Shown here piece after piece: positions 51,940 to 63,583 of a stretch of DNA of 64,000 nucleotides (position 1 is its first letter; each line of letters starts with the position of its first letter). The stretch covers positions 1 through 64,000 of the forward strand of contig JBJCIZ010001662.1 in the NCBI GenBank assembly GCA_051294375.1, given 5' to 3'. The translations under genes and the position numbers were made by a program. The stretch is from Paraspadella gotoi (taxonomy: Eukaryota > Animalia > Chaetognatha). A model generated the notes under the pieces. That model had not been told where the DNA came from. It did not search any database and was given only the letters and a program-made list of their open reading frames with translations.

Positions 51940-52851
51940 CTTCACTTGCATACTTTTTTTTAACTTGCATAATTTTTTCAACTTGCATAATTTTTTTAAC
52001 TTGCATAATTTTTTTCACTTGCATAAATTTTTCAACTTGTATAATTTTTTCAACTTGTATAATTTTTTCAACTTGCATATTTTTTCAACTTGCATACTTT
52101 TTTGACTTGCATACTTTTTTTGACTTGCATACTTTTTTCAACTTGCATACTTTTTTCAACTTGCATACTTTTTTCAACTTGCATCCTTTTTTAACTTGTA
52201 TACTTTTTTTCAACTTGTATACTTTTTTCAACTTGTATACTTTTTTCAACTTGTATACTTTTTTCAACTTGCATACTTTTTTCTACTTGCATACTTTTTT
52301 CTACTTGCATACTTTTTTCTACTTGCATACTTTTTTCTACAACTTGCATACTTTTTTAACTTACATAATTTTTTCAACTTTCAACTATCTAGTTATCAAG
52401 TTCCATTAGTGAGGCATCAAAGAAAATTAATGCAAAAGTACTATAATATAATTTGCATATCGCAATATTTGAATCGATATAAACAAAGAAAATGGACACA
52501 CATTTCAACTTCCTCACTGCCTCACTAATGGAACTTGATAACTAGATAGTTGAAAGTTGAAAAAATTATGTAAGTTAAAAAAGTATGCAAGTTGTAGAAA
52601 AAAGTATGCAAGTAGAAAAAAGTATGCAAGTAGAAAAAAGTATGCAAGTAGAAAAAAGTATGCAAGTAGAAAAAAGTATGCAAGTTGAAAAAAGTATACA
52701 AGTTGAAAAAAGTATACAAGTTGAAAAAAAGTATACAAGTTAAAAAAGGATGCAAGTTGAAAAAGTATGCAAGTTGAAAAAAGTATGCAAGTTGAAAAAA
52801 GTATGCAAGTTGAAAAAAGTATGCAAGTCAAAAAAGTATGCAAGTTGAAAA
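51940..52851. repeat. ~20-bp minisatellite (CAACTTGCATACTTTTTT) as two inverted arrays
   Basis: Forward array at ~51940-52385 and reverse-complement array at ~52550-52851, with mirrored flanks, ending at an N gap. A related array is at ~62030-62290. Confidence 0.9.
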
Positions 52852-53114
52852 NNNNNNNNNNNNNNNNNNNNNNNNNAATCTTAAACAGCTATAATGATCT
52901 CGCCAGACCTTACTATCAAAGAAAATTAATGCAAAAGTACTATAATATAATTTGCATATCGCAATATTTGAATCGATATAAAACAAAGAAAATGGACACA
53001 CATTTCAACTTCCTCACTGCCTCACTAGTAAGGTCTGGCGAGATCATTATACTTTTAAGATTTTTTTTGCAGATTTGGATTTGTTATAAAAGGTGGATAA
53101 AAGAAATTTAACTT

Positions 53115-53991
53115 TTTTTTTTCGTCGTAATCGCTTACCGTTTGCGACTATATTGTAACGCTTTTGCACATAAGTGGCGTCGTAGTTGTCGTCGGCGTTC
53201 CAAATTATAGATCGCCTTTTTTATGATTAAATTTGGGTGTATGAAGCTGAAAATTTTTATACAGCTTCTCATCATCGATGTGCTTAAAATTGGTTATTGA
53301 ATATGTTTTGTTTGTTTTATCAAAACAAACAAATTTCCTCTTTTAGTTTTATGTTTTCTTTTTTTTCTCTTTTCTCTTTTGATTATATGTAGCTCTCTCT
53401 CTCTCTCTTTTCATCGGATTCATCGGAAAAAAAAAACGAATCTGCAGCTGGCTCTGCAGGGGCTCTTTCTTTTTCTCTCTTTTCTCCATCTTCTTCTGCT
53501 GCTGCCTTTTGAGTCTACAGCTGGCTCTGCAGGGGCTCTCTTTTTTTTTCTCTTTTCTCCTGCTGCTTCAGCTGCTGCCTTTTGATTTCTTTCTTTTTTT
53601 CTTTCTCTCTCTCTCTCTCTCTGCATTTTTATTTAAAAAAAAAATTGAATTAGGATTAACTCGTAAAATAAGGCATCGCATTTGTGCATGTTATCATTTT
53701 GCTATCGCAACATCGGGTTTTTATTTCGTTTTTTTTTTCAGGGACTGCGTCTGCTGATCGGTTTATTTTTTGACAATGAAAAAGTTTTTTTTTTTTTTTT
53801 TCAGAAACGGTAACGTTAATTTTTCTCAGTACTTTTTTTTTTTTAAATTGACAATCGCAAAATATAATTTTTTTTGCTGTTTATAAATTAATTTTCTTTT
53901 CTCAAATTTTATTTTTTTTAGTATAAAAATTTGGCGTCAATCCAGATTTTTCTTATGCGATTGCAACGATCCTTATGCTTTTAAGATTTTT
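53115..53991 (+). mobile_element. Family B DINE-1/Helentron-like element
   Basis: Same termini and CTGCAGCTGGCTCTGCAGGGG internal repeats as 23960-24578. Confidence 0.72.
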
Positions 53992-54632
53992 ATTAGTATA
54001 CTTTCCTTTCTTTTTCGTTGGTTTCAGAATTTGAGATAAGAAAATCTTTTTTTGTTTTGACAACAAATTTTGTATAGAAGGCTTCATATTATAGAATGAA
54101 GCACCCCTTTTTTGTGACCAGAACTCGTTTCGAGAAAACTACTGGACCAAATTTTTAAAAATTTGGTATGAACGATCCCTATGTGAATACAAATAGAACT
54201 ATCAAGGCGAATTTCAATATTTGACCCCTGAGCCGAGATATGGGCCCCCCGGGGTTTATCCATAAGGGCAAAAAATGATAAAAATTTTTTTTCAAATTTT
54301 TTCAGTATTTTTGTTTTGAACAGTTGCATAGACGTTTACTCAGCAGTTCAAGTCAGATTTGGAATAAAGTGGAAGTAAAACGATAAACCATGCATCTTCA
54401 AACAATGCATAATTATTTAAAATTTATCAATTTTAGTTCTAAAATGTTTTTTTCGTATGTTTAAAACTTCAATGCACCTGATGCTACTAATTTTTTTTTA
54501 AAAAAGAAAAAAAAAATTTTTAGGTTTTTTTGGCCCCCCAGGGGTCCACCTTTGCAGGGGCGGCGAGAGAAATGGTGTGCCCCCCCACTGGTCTCCTGGC
54601 TGGTCCCCCCCCGCTCTCCATAATTTTTCAGT

Positions 54633-56360
54633 GGAGGATTTAGCCTGCCGTCCAATTCTCCTCTTCTTCTTCTTTCCTCCTCCTCCTGCCCCTCAGTATA
54701 TTTTGTCTAGCGATACATTCTCTCGTTTCTACTCTTCGTGAAATATACCATTATTTTCCCTCTATTTCTTCACGCCTTCCATACCCCTCAAGTGACGCTT
54801 TCTTCGCGGCTCGACACCCTACTCAACGTGGATTAAGTTTCCTGTGCAAACCCTCAGCAAAAAAAACAAAAAAACAAGGAAATTATAAAAAAAACTATCT
54901 TTCTTCACTAACAACCAAAAACAAACTTAAAATAAACCAAATTTACAAACTTCAATCTCAAAAAAAGATACCATTTTACAAAATAAATATTAAAATCACT
55001 ACAAAGAAATTGCATAATTTTAGAAAGAAAACCCTACTTTATGTTAATTACAAGATAATTTTCTCCTTTTTCACTCTTCGTCAACCGAAACTTCTTAAGA
55101 AAAAGGAAAGGAAAACATTAGCTCCTTTGAAAAACATAAAAAGAAAAATTAAAATAACTGTCCAGTGTCCAGAAAAATCGATACCTTTTTTACCCTAAAT
55201 CTTGAAACATAAATCCAAAAATGGCCGCAATAAACTTTAGAGATCAATTCAATTCTGATGACCTCAAAGGAGAATATATTGGCATCTTGGAAAATCTGAT
55301 GAATTTTTTTAAAAGATTGCATACTAATAATGCAAACCCACGAATTCTGGACAAGAATATAATGGATCTACTTGCTTTGGTGCAGAATACACATATGTCC
55401 CCTCTGCCTTTAAAAACCCAAACTGTTTCCACTTCAACTCAAACCTATTTCACCCAAGCCAATGTAATAAATCAACTCGGACAAAAATTCCGTACTCAAC
55501 CTCTTCCCAAACTACCCAAACCGCCATCATTTCTGATTCAGTTTCCACACAAACCAATGTTGCCAAGACTGATTCTCAAGTGCAGACCAACTTACCAACT
55601 GTCAAAGACTATGCTAAAGATATAAAAACTCAAGCTGGAAAAATCCAAGGAGAAACTTCATTTGCAAGAATCAAGTCAAACAAGAATCAACACAAAAATC
55701 AAGCCTGCTCTTATCAGTCTCTGGTCAAGAAATGGGGAACAAAATCAAGAAATGAAAGAACTGGACCCTGGAAAGAATACATGATCCCTCAAACCTGCGC
55801 TGAAAAGATCTATATCTCCTCTCATCAACGTGTTCTTGAAGACCAAAGAAGGCAACCAGCTTTTGGAAAATGCAAAAATACTTACCCTAAACTGATGAAA
55901 ATAGACTTACGACCATGGTTGCGCCAGAAGTTTGCTGCATTTTTGACCCAGACTTTACCATTGCCTTTTTTTTTAAGAATCAATATCAGTCATGGTGCAG
56001 TGGCTTAACTTGTCAATGACTGTGACATCAATTAAAAATACACTTTTAATCATTTAAATAGCTTTTGATAGAAATCCAATAGTTTTAATTTGTGACTTCT
56101 CTCACTTTTTTAGTTCTGAGTCATTGTTTTTTTTTAGTCCTGAGGGAAGCATGACGATGTCATGCCACGCCATTGGGGGCCTGGACATGACATCTTGGAC
56201 GCAGAGGAGGATTTAGCCTGCCGTCCAATTCTCCTCTTCCTCTTCTTTCCTCCTCCTCCTGCCCCTCTGTATATTTTGTCTAGCGATACATTCTCTCGTT
56301 TTTACTCTTCGTGAAATATACCATTTTTTTCCCTCTATTTCGCCTTCAATACCCCTCAAG
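54633..56360 (+). mobile_element. ~157-bp direct repeats flanking a 1.4-kb interior with a frameshifted unknown ORF
   Basis: GGAGGATTTAGCCTGCCGTCC...ATACCCCTCAAG at ~54633-54792 and ~56206-56360, with a solo copy at ~17536-17692. ORFs 55221..55625 and 55580..56008 lie between. Confidence 0.55.
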
Positions 56361-56473
56361 TTTTTGTTTTCGATTACCGACTTTCTGCCTTGAAAATTTC
56401 TCCAGTGCTCAGACTTCTGCCTCCAGGACTTGCAACCTGGCATTGGTGTTTTACTGACACTTTTTTTTTCTTT

Positions 56474-56635
56474 TTAAATTTTTAGAGAAAAGCAAAGTGT
56501 TTTAGAATTTGTTACGATTTTATTTTTAATCGACGGACATGTTTCGACTCTTTGAATTCGAGTCTTCATTGAGTCAAAACATGTCCGTCTTTTAAAAATA
56601 AAATTGTTGTAACACTTTTCTCTAAATATTAAACA
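56474..56635. mobile_element. Penelope-like inverted pLTR fragment with truncated hammerhead
   Basis: Inverted arms around GACGGACATGTTTCGACTC..GAGTCAAAACATGTCCGTC. Minus strand reads ATGA-A-GACTC-loop-GAGTC-GAAA-CATGTC with the CTG lost at the inversion point. Confidence 0.6.
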
Positions 56636-57241
56636 ACAACGAAAAGAAAGGATTATCACATTTTTTTAAAATCACAATTATTGTGCCTCTCTAGTCTCTA
56701 GTCTGAGCGAGGGGTCTAAATTTGTTAAACCTTCTGACGAGATGAGATTTAGCGCTTATTTTTAACCATGAGCGGCAATAGAGATAAAATATAATATATA
56801 TAAATATATAAATTAATAATAACCCAAATCCCAAAGAAAAGGATTATCGTCTATGCTATCATTGCTTTGGTTACTATCTCATAAAGTATTGTGGGACCCT
56901 TATTGATTTTAAACAAAGTCATACGAACTTTCCTTTGAAATTGATTTTTTTTACCTCTAGAAGGGCCCTAACTTGACTGAATTATTGGCCCTATCAATAG
57001 GGGTAGCCACACTCAATGGGGTGAGTCAAAAATTTAGAGTGAGTACAAGCTCAAACGAAAATTTATACATTTTTAAGTATACTTTCAATGAACAAAAAAA
57101 TTCTTATACGGCTCTATACCCTAGTAATTAATTTTTTAATATTTATTTATAAATAGGAAAGGCCAAAATTTTTTTTTTGAGAAATTTTACATTTTAAGAC
57201 CAGATTCAGATAGCTTATAAAAAGTTGTCTACATAAAGTAT

Positions 57242-57475
57242 TATGGTGGACTAAAATCCACCAACCATTCATCAGCGGCCATTGGTGCCGGAGGCAAGTC
57301 ATTCGCCTCCCAACCCAAAGGTCCGGGGTTCTAGCCCGGTGGCCGCCTAGCAGTTAAGAGGGACGGGGCGCTTAACCCGCCTGTAACATGGTGTTACAGC
57401 CTGATCCGAAGCTCAGGGACTGCTTATATTGAACGGTTCTGTCATTAACACTTATCAATAATTACTGTCTCTTCA
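57242..57475 (+). mobile_element. Solo LTR of the tRNA-containing TRIM
   Basis: TATGGTGGAC...CTGTCTCTTCA, 234 bp, GTAT/GTAT TSD. Confidence 0.9.
57275..57346 (+). promoter_or_regulatory. tRNA-Gly(CCC)-like module with Pol III A- and B-box-like motifs inside the LTR (not a functional tRNA)
   Basis: 72 nt. Acceptor stem GCGGCCA/TGGCCGC, A-box-like TGGTGCCGGAGG, loop CT-CCC-AA, T arm CCGGG-GTTCTAG-CCCGG. The anticodon stem pairs only 3 of 5. Confidence 0.75.
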
Positions 57476-58984
57476 GTATAATTCTTTTTTAAATATTTTT
57501 ATGATAAGTAGTTAAAAAATAAGAAAAACCATAAAAAATCGTTATCATCATCATCATATTTGATGATTTTATTAGTTTTTTAAAATTTTTACTAAGAAAT
57601 CGTAGGAATTTTTAAAAGCTGTAATTATATTTCTTGTTTAACCTTTTATGCTCTATCAGAATCCATTAAAAAATTTAAGATTTCCAAAAAAATTTTTCTT
57701 TATATAGTAATATAATAATTTTAATTAGGCTTGTACCCTCAGAAAAATTTATTTTTTACAAAAAATATTTTAATACTATAATCTTTGCTTATGATTCATT
57801 ATTTTAATGTTGTATACATTAGAATTTCAATTTCATCGGCTATGGCTACCATTAAAAGTGAAATGGACTATATCTTGAAACAGTTGGGACATTACCAATG
57901 GGCCTTGATTTGACTTAAATAGGCGCTCAACTTGACCCCTAAAGTCTAAAGGGGCCCCAAGCATGATCTAACCTGAATTTGATCAGTTAGATTAATATGC
58001 ACAGACTGAACCTTTTTTCATAATCACTAAATTCCTTTTTTTATTCCTTTTTTTCCTTTTTTTTTTCTTCTTTTCTTTTTTTCTCTTCTCAGGGGCCCGG
58101 GCCCATCTCCTGAGGCGAGGGTGTCCCTCCCTCTCGCCACCCCTGATCTCTTGTCAGGGGTTGAATATAAAAATTCGATAGTTCCATTTAAATTGTCATT
58201 AGCACTCTAAATGTAAAATTTCATGAAATTTGATCGGGTACTTTGGTGGGAACAGGTTCTGGTCACAAAAAAGGGGTACCTAATTTTATAATATGAAGCC
58301 TTCTGTATTTGTCCGCGTTTCCTCAGATGCAAATATTGCGAAGATGCAGGACAATCGATCAATCGATTCTCTTTACTGTCGGCCTCATCTCGCGAAGATT
58401 CGAAGCGTCACACTCATGTTATTTTTCTCTTATATGTTTGCCTGAAAAACATTTGTCGAACTTCGCGGTTCGAAAACTTTGTCTCGGTGATTCTTCGTTC
58501 TCATCTGTGTTCATCACTTCCATCGATCACATCTCCGGCGCCGGCGCCCAATTTCGGGGTTTTAAATTGTGGAAGGCCCATTGTCTCAAAGACCGTGATG
58601 GTGAGCAGTTTATTTCACCTAGTAATTCTTGATTCATAACAGAAGGCGTCATATTATGAAATGATATTGTGGCAACAGGAGGATTGCCTGTGATACCCGG
58701 GGCGGGGCACGGGGGTATCTCACCAACAGGCGAAGGGGCTGTAGACCCTCAGTGACTGTCTCCTGTCACTGGCATGTCTAGTCTACACCGGTCCCGTCAC
58801 ATTTAAGCCAAAACCGGGATACCTGGTAAGGCGGGCCAAAATTGAACACTTTTTATAGTTCTCTCAAAAAAATATCTTTTTTACTTCTATTACTAAATCG
58901 ATTTTCAATGCAACTTTTTGAATTAGTTCATTGGGTTGTTGCTCTAAAGCTTTTAAATATTTATTAATACATAAATGGCAACAA

Positions 58985-60462
58985 TTTTTATCGTCGCAAT
59001 CGCTTTGCGTTTGAGACGATATTGCTGTGGTTTTGCTCATAAGTGGCGTCGTCGTCGTCGTCATTGTCGTCGTCATTGGCGTTCCAAATTATAGATCGCA
59101 TTTTTTATGATTAAATTTCAATGTATGAAGCTGAAAATTTATATACAGCTTCTCATCATCGATGTGCTTAAAATTGAGTCAGGACAGTTATTATTAATAT
59201 TAAATATGTTTTGTTTACGTTTTATCAAAACAAATTTTCTCTCTTATGGTGGACTAAAATCCACCAACCGTTCATCAGCGGCCATTGGTGCCGGAGGCAA
59301 GTCAGTTGTCTCCCAACCCAAAGGTTCGGGATTCTAGCCCGGTGGCCACCTTGCAGTTAAGAGGGACGGGGCGCTTAACCCGCCTGTAACACGGTGTTAC
59401 AGCCTGATCCGAAGCTCAGGGACTGCTTATATTGAACGGTTTTGTCACTAACAAATAACAATTATCACTGTCTCATTGGTGAGCCCGACTTCCGAACACA
59501 ACAACAACAACACTTTCAGGCGACATGCCTCAACCTGGCGATGCACTTTCGCCAACAACACATCAGGCGACATGACTCAACTTGGTGACGCACTTTCCAC
59601 CAATAACAATTCACTGAAGAGACGCAACAGACTTCTCCCTACGGGAGGGGGGGGATGTATGGTGGACTAAAATCCACCAACCGTTCATCAGCGGCCATTA
59701 GTGCCGGAGGCAAGTCAGTTGCCTCCCAACCCAAAGGTCCGGGGTTCTAGCCCGGTGGCCGCCTAGCAGTTAAGAGGGACGGGGCGCTTAACCCGCGTGT
59801 AACACGGTGTTACAGCCTGATCCGAAGCTCAGGGACTGCTTATATTGAACGGTTCTGTCACTAACAAATAACAATTATCACTGTCTCTTCACTCTTTTAT
59901 TTTTTTGTTTCCTTCTCTCTCTCTTTTCTCTTTTAAATATATGTAGCTCTCTCTCTCTCTCTTTTCCCCAGTGCTGATTCATTGGGAAAAAAACGAATCT
60001 GCAGCTGGCTCTGCAGGGGCTCTTTTTTTTTCTTTTTTTTCCTGCTGCTGCTCCCTTCTGCGTCTGCAGCTGGCTCTGCAGGGGCTTATTCTTTTTCTCT
60101 TTTCTTCTGCTTCTTCTGCTGCTGCCTTTTGATTTCTTTTTTTTACTTTCTCTCTCTTTCTGCGTTTTTATTTAAAAAAAAATCGAAATAGGATTGAACT
60201 CGTAAAATTAGGCATCGTATTCGTGCCTGTTATCATTTTGCTGCGTCTGCTGATTAGTTTATTTTTTGACAATGAAAATTTTTTTTTTCTTTTTTTTCAG
60301 AAACTGTAACTTTAATTTATAATTTATAAAATCTAATTTTTCTTTCTGTTTATAAATTAATTTTCTTTTCACAATTTTTTTTTTTTTAGTATAAAAATTT
60401 GTCGTCAATCCAGATTTTTCTTATGCAATTGCGACGATCCTTATGATTTTAAGATTTTTTTT
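58985..60462 (+). mobile_element. Family B DINE-1/Helentron-like element interrupted by the TRIM
   Basis: Same termini as the other family B copies, with the TRIM inserted at 59245-59891. Confidence 0.72.
59245..59891 (+). mobile_element. Full TRIM (647 bp) with tRNA-containing LTRs
   Basis: 5' LTR 59245-59475, PBS TGGTGAGCCCGAC from 59477, PPT GGGAGGGGGGGGA at ~59643-59655, 3' LTR 59658-59891, CTCT/CTCT TSD. Confidence 0.93.
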
Positions 60463-61937
60463 AATAATTTTATTTTTTAAAAACGGATTCCTATAGAGCT
60501 TAAAAAAAATGAAAGTTAAATGAAAGTTAGTACTACAATTTTTTTTAAATTTTAACTATAAATTGGTTAAAAATAGAAAAAACCTTTAAAAATTTATTAT
60601 CATCGACTGAATTTTATGGTTTTTTTAAAATTTGTATCAATAAAACAAAAAAATTAAAAAGTTATATTAATAACCTTTATCTAACTTTTAAAGCTCTACC
60701 AGAATCTATTAAAAAAAAATTTAAAAATTAAAAAAAATTTTAAACTTTATATTAAGCGTCAAAAAAATGTTTAATTTTAAAAATTTTAATTAATGGTTAA
60801 AATGCTAAAATTTAACCAGTGAACTGTTAAAATCGATATTTTTTTCTTTTCAAAAAAATGAATTAAAAAGGAATTCATCAAAGAAAAAATTGTGATAACA
60901 AAAAACAAAACAAAACATCAAAAAATCAATTATTGTTGGAAGTGGTAAAGTGAATTAAGCTGAATTAACTTTTTATTATTTAAATTGTTTGTTCCCCGTT
61001 ATTTTAAAGTGGGAAATCTCTTTGCTTTTTTTCTGCAAAATGTTAGCCTTCTATGAGATAATGAGAGAGAGAGAGAGAGAAAAAGAGAGAGAGGGTGAGA
61101 GAGAGAGAGAGAGAATGTTTGATTACATGTTAATGTCTGTTAGATTGAGAAAGGGAAATTAAAAAGAAATTAAAATTCATTTAGTACAGTAAAATACATT
61201 TAGGCAATGTAAATAAGTAAGCAGTAACGTGATTAAAATTTGAAACTACGAAATTAATAAATAACTACATTGTTAAATAATAAACATTGAAATAAATGAA
61301 AGTAAAGGTGAAAATATAAAGTAGATAGATTTTTTTTTTAATATGGTAAAATTATAAGAAGAAGAAAGAGCTCTCTCTCTCATTATCATATATTGGGAAA
61401 TTTCACAAACCAAATTTGAACTGAGGAAGGCTAACAACATCCCCGGAACATGTGTTTTTTTTTAAATTAAATTAAATTCATAGTTTAAAATTAAAAATTA
61501 TTTTTCACTTTTAATACGACTCAGAGACATCACGCTTAATTTCATGTGCACGAAAAAAAAATTATCGGTCATTGAATTTACTTTGTCTGAATTTACTTTG
61601 TACTAACAAGTCATCCCTTCCTGACAGTTATGCTGGACAAACACATGCAAAATATGATTCGGCCCAGAATGATACAGTAAAATACAGTGTAAAAGTTGAA
61701 ATTTGGACTAGATACTTTGTTTCTCTGAATTCTTAAACCATAAGCCATAAACGAGTAAGACGATGGGTACAACTGAAAGTGATATGTCTCTAGATGATAA
61801 AAATTTTTTCTTTAGTTTTTATTTTGAAATATAGGTATTATACAAATAGAATAAATTGAGATACTCCCACTTTGCCAAAATTTTTATTTAACAAAGATTT
61901 GTACTGCGTATTTCAAATCCTTAGTTCTCCGATGATA

Positions 61938-63260
61938 AAACAAGTTTGAGCAAACAATGTCGGATCTGCCTACAATAATTAAGTGGTAATCTGCTAATCA
62001 GATGATAAATCACAATATTTTTTTAAATTTTTTTTAACTCGCATCATTTTTTGAACTCATATAATTTTTCAACTCATCATTTTTTCAATTTACATCATTT
62101 TTACAATTCGCATCATTTTTTTTAACTTGCATCATTTTTACAACTTGCATAATTTTTACAACTTGCATAATTTTTACAACTTGCGTAATTTTTTCAACTT
62201 GCGTAATTTTTTCAACTTGCATAATTTTTTCAACTTGCTTATTTTTTTCAACTTGCATAATTTTTTTAAATTGTATCATTTTTTTCAAATTAATTAATTA
62301 ATGAATTAATTAAAACATTTATTAGTAATCATAAATAAAAAAGATTCAAGAAAATGTGAATTATGTTTTTTCCATTTAAACTCATTTCCACAGGCACAAT
62401 TCCGTCAAAACTTTATATCTAGCTTCTTCACACACTTTCCTTTTCAATCTATTAATTCAATTCTATTAATTCAATCTATTAATTCAATTTGAGTAATTAT
62501 GGGTTAAAATAAGTAACATTGCAGGACTAACAAGATCGTGAAAACAAAAAGATTCAAGTAAATGTGACTCATATTTTTTTTATTTGGGTAGTACCCACAC
62601 ACAAAATTTAAACTAAATCTATTCATCCAATTATGATTAAATAGAGTATTTATTGGTTAAAATAAGTAAAAAGATTTTAGTAAATGCAACTTATGTTTTT
62701 TCCATTTAAACTCATTTTCACTCGCACGATTCCATCGAAACTTTATATCCAGCTTCATCTCACACTGTCTTACCCACACACAAAATTTCATTCTAATCCA
62801 ACCAGCCAATCACGAGTTATTGGAGCTTTTTGTTAAGATGGGAGGGATGGATGGATTGATTGACTAATTAATTATTTATTGATTAATTAATAGACTAATT
62901 GATTAATTAACTGATTAATTATTTGATTTATTAATATATCCTTCATTTACATTTAATATAAAAGGAAAAAGAAGCATAATCAATGAGTGAAACAGGTTTT
63001 TTGTTTTTTTCCATTTAAACTCATTTCCACTCAAACGATTCCATCGAAACTTGATTTCCAGCTCAATCACACACTTTCCTACGCAAATACAAATTGTGGG
63101 ACGGACGGACGGACGGACATAATTTTTTTTGCATAATTTATCATAATTTGATGTTCTGACATGATATAAGTTAGTGCCCGACAATATTGAGGGGGCGGAC
63201 CGACGGACCGACAGTAAATTATAGAGTCGTGATCTGCTGATAAGCAGATCCGACTAAAAA
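61938..63260 (-). mobile_element. Complete family A DINE-1/Helentron-like element with central tandem repeat
   Basis: Minus strand: TTTTTAGTCGGATCTGC-TTATCA-GCAGATC, (GTCC)n, 20-bp array, GCAGATCCGAC, GTTTG-CT-CAAAC hairpin, CTTGTTTT. An empty-site paralogue at ~15740-15815 shows insertion into an A/T run without TSD. Confidence 0.82.
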
Positions 63261-63583
63261 GTTATTTTTTTGCATAACTTTTGAAAGAAAAAAGATAGGA
63301 TGGTGGGCGAGGTATCAAATTAAAGCCCTAATTATGGGACACCTTCTGAAAAAGTTTTTATAAATTTTATCCTAAGTTGTAGTTCATTCAATAGCGATGT
63401 CGCCGGCGATTCACGCACGAGTTGCAGGTGTGGTTCTAGTTGGTTGGCGACTTCGCCATGGCGATATCGCCAGGGCTTTGGCGATGTCGCCAGTCCCCCA
63501 CTGGCGACCCGCCAGTGATAAAAATAGCGAATATAATGAAAAGCGCAGCTAACACGGGATGAGCATCACCTTCAGGCTCCTCT

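Larger units (their letters stand above)
54555..58145. mobile_element. hAT-like non-autonomous element with nested cargo
   Basis: 15-bp TIRs CAGGGGCGGCGAGAG and CTCTCGCCACCCCTG sit exactly at the breakpoints of the host MITE. The TSD is not clean. Confidence 0.55.
54075..58305. mobile_element. Tc1/mariner-like MITE (same family as 24635-25356) split by a 3.6-kb nested block
   Basis: Left part 54075-54554 starts TA|TAGAAGGCTTCATATTATA. Right part 58146-58305 ends TATAATATGAAGCCTTCTG|TA. Confidence 0.8.

Noticed and set aside
52085-52843. Repetitive ORFs such as LHTFFN and KKVCKL repeats
   Set aside because: They are translations of a 20-bp minisatellite. The same applies to ORFs at 46584-46843, 62085-62288 and 63436-63896.
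57275-57346. Functional tRNA-Gly gene or ordinary tRNA-SINE
   Set aside because: The anticodon and D stems are degenerate. The module sits inside a repeat with fixed ends, 4-bp TSDs, PBS and PPT and has no A-rich or simple-repeat tail, so it behaves as an LTR.
58309-58632. Possible host exon(s) on either strand (minus strand reads MEVMNTDENEESPRQSF..)
   Set aside because: No recognisable homology, and a gene model would need non-canonical splice sites. Not supportable without RNA-seq.
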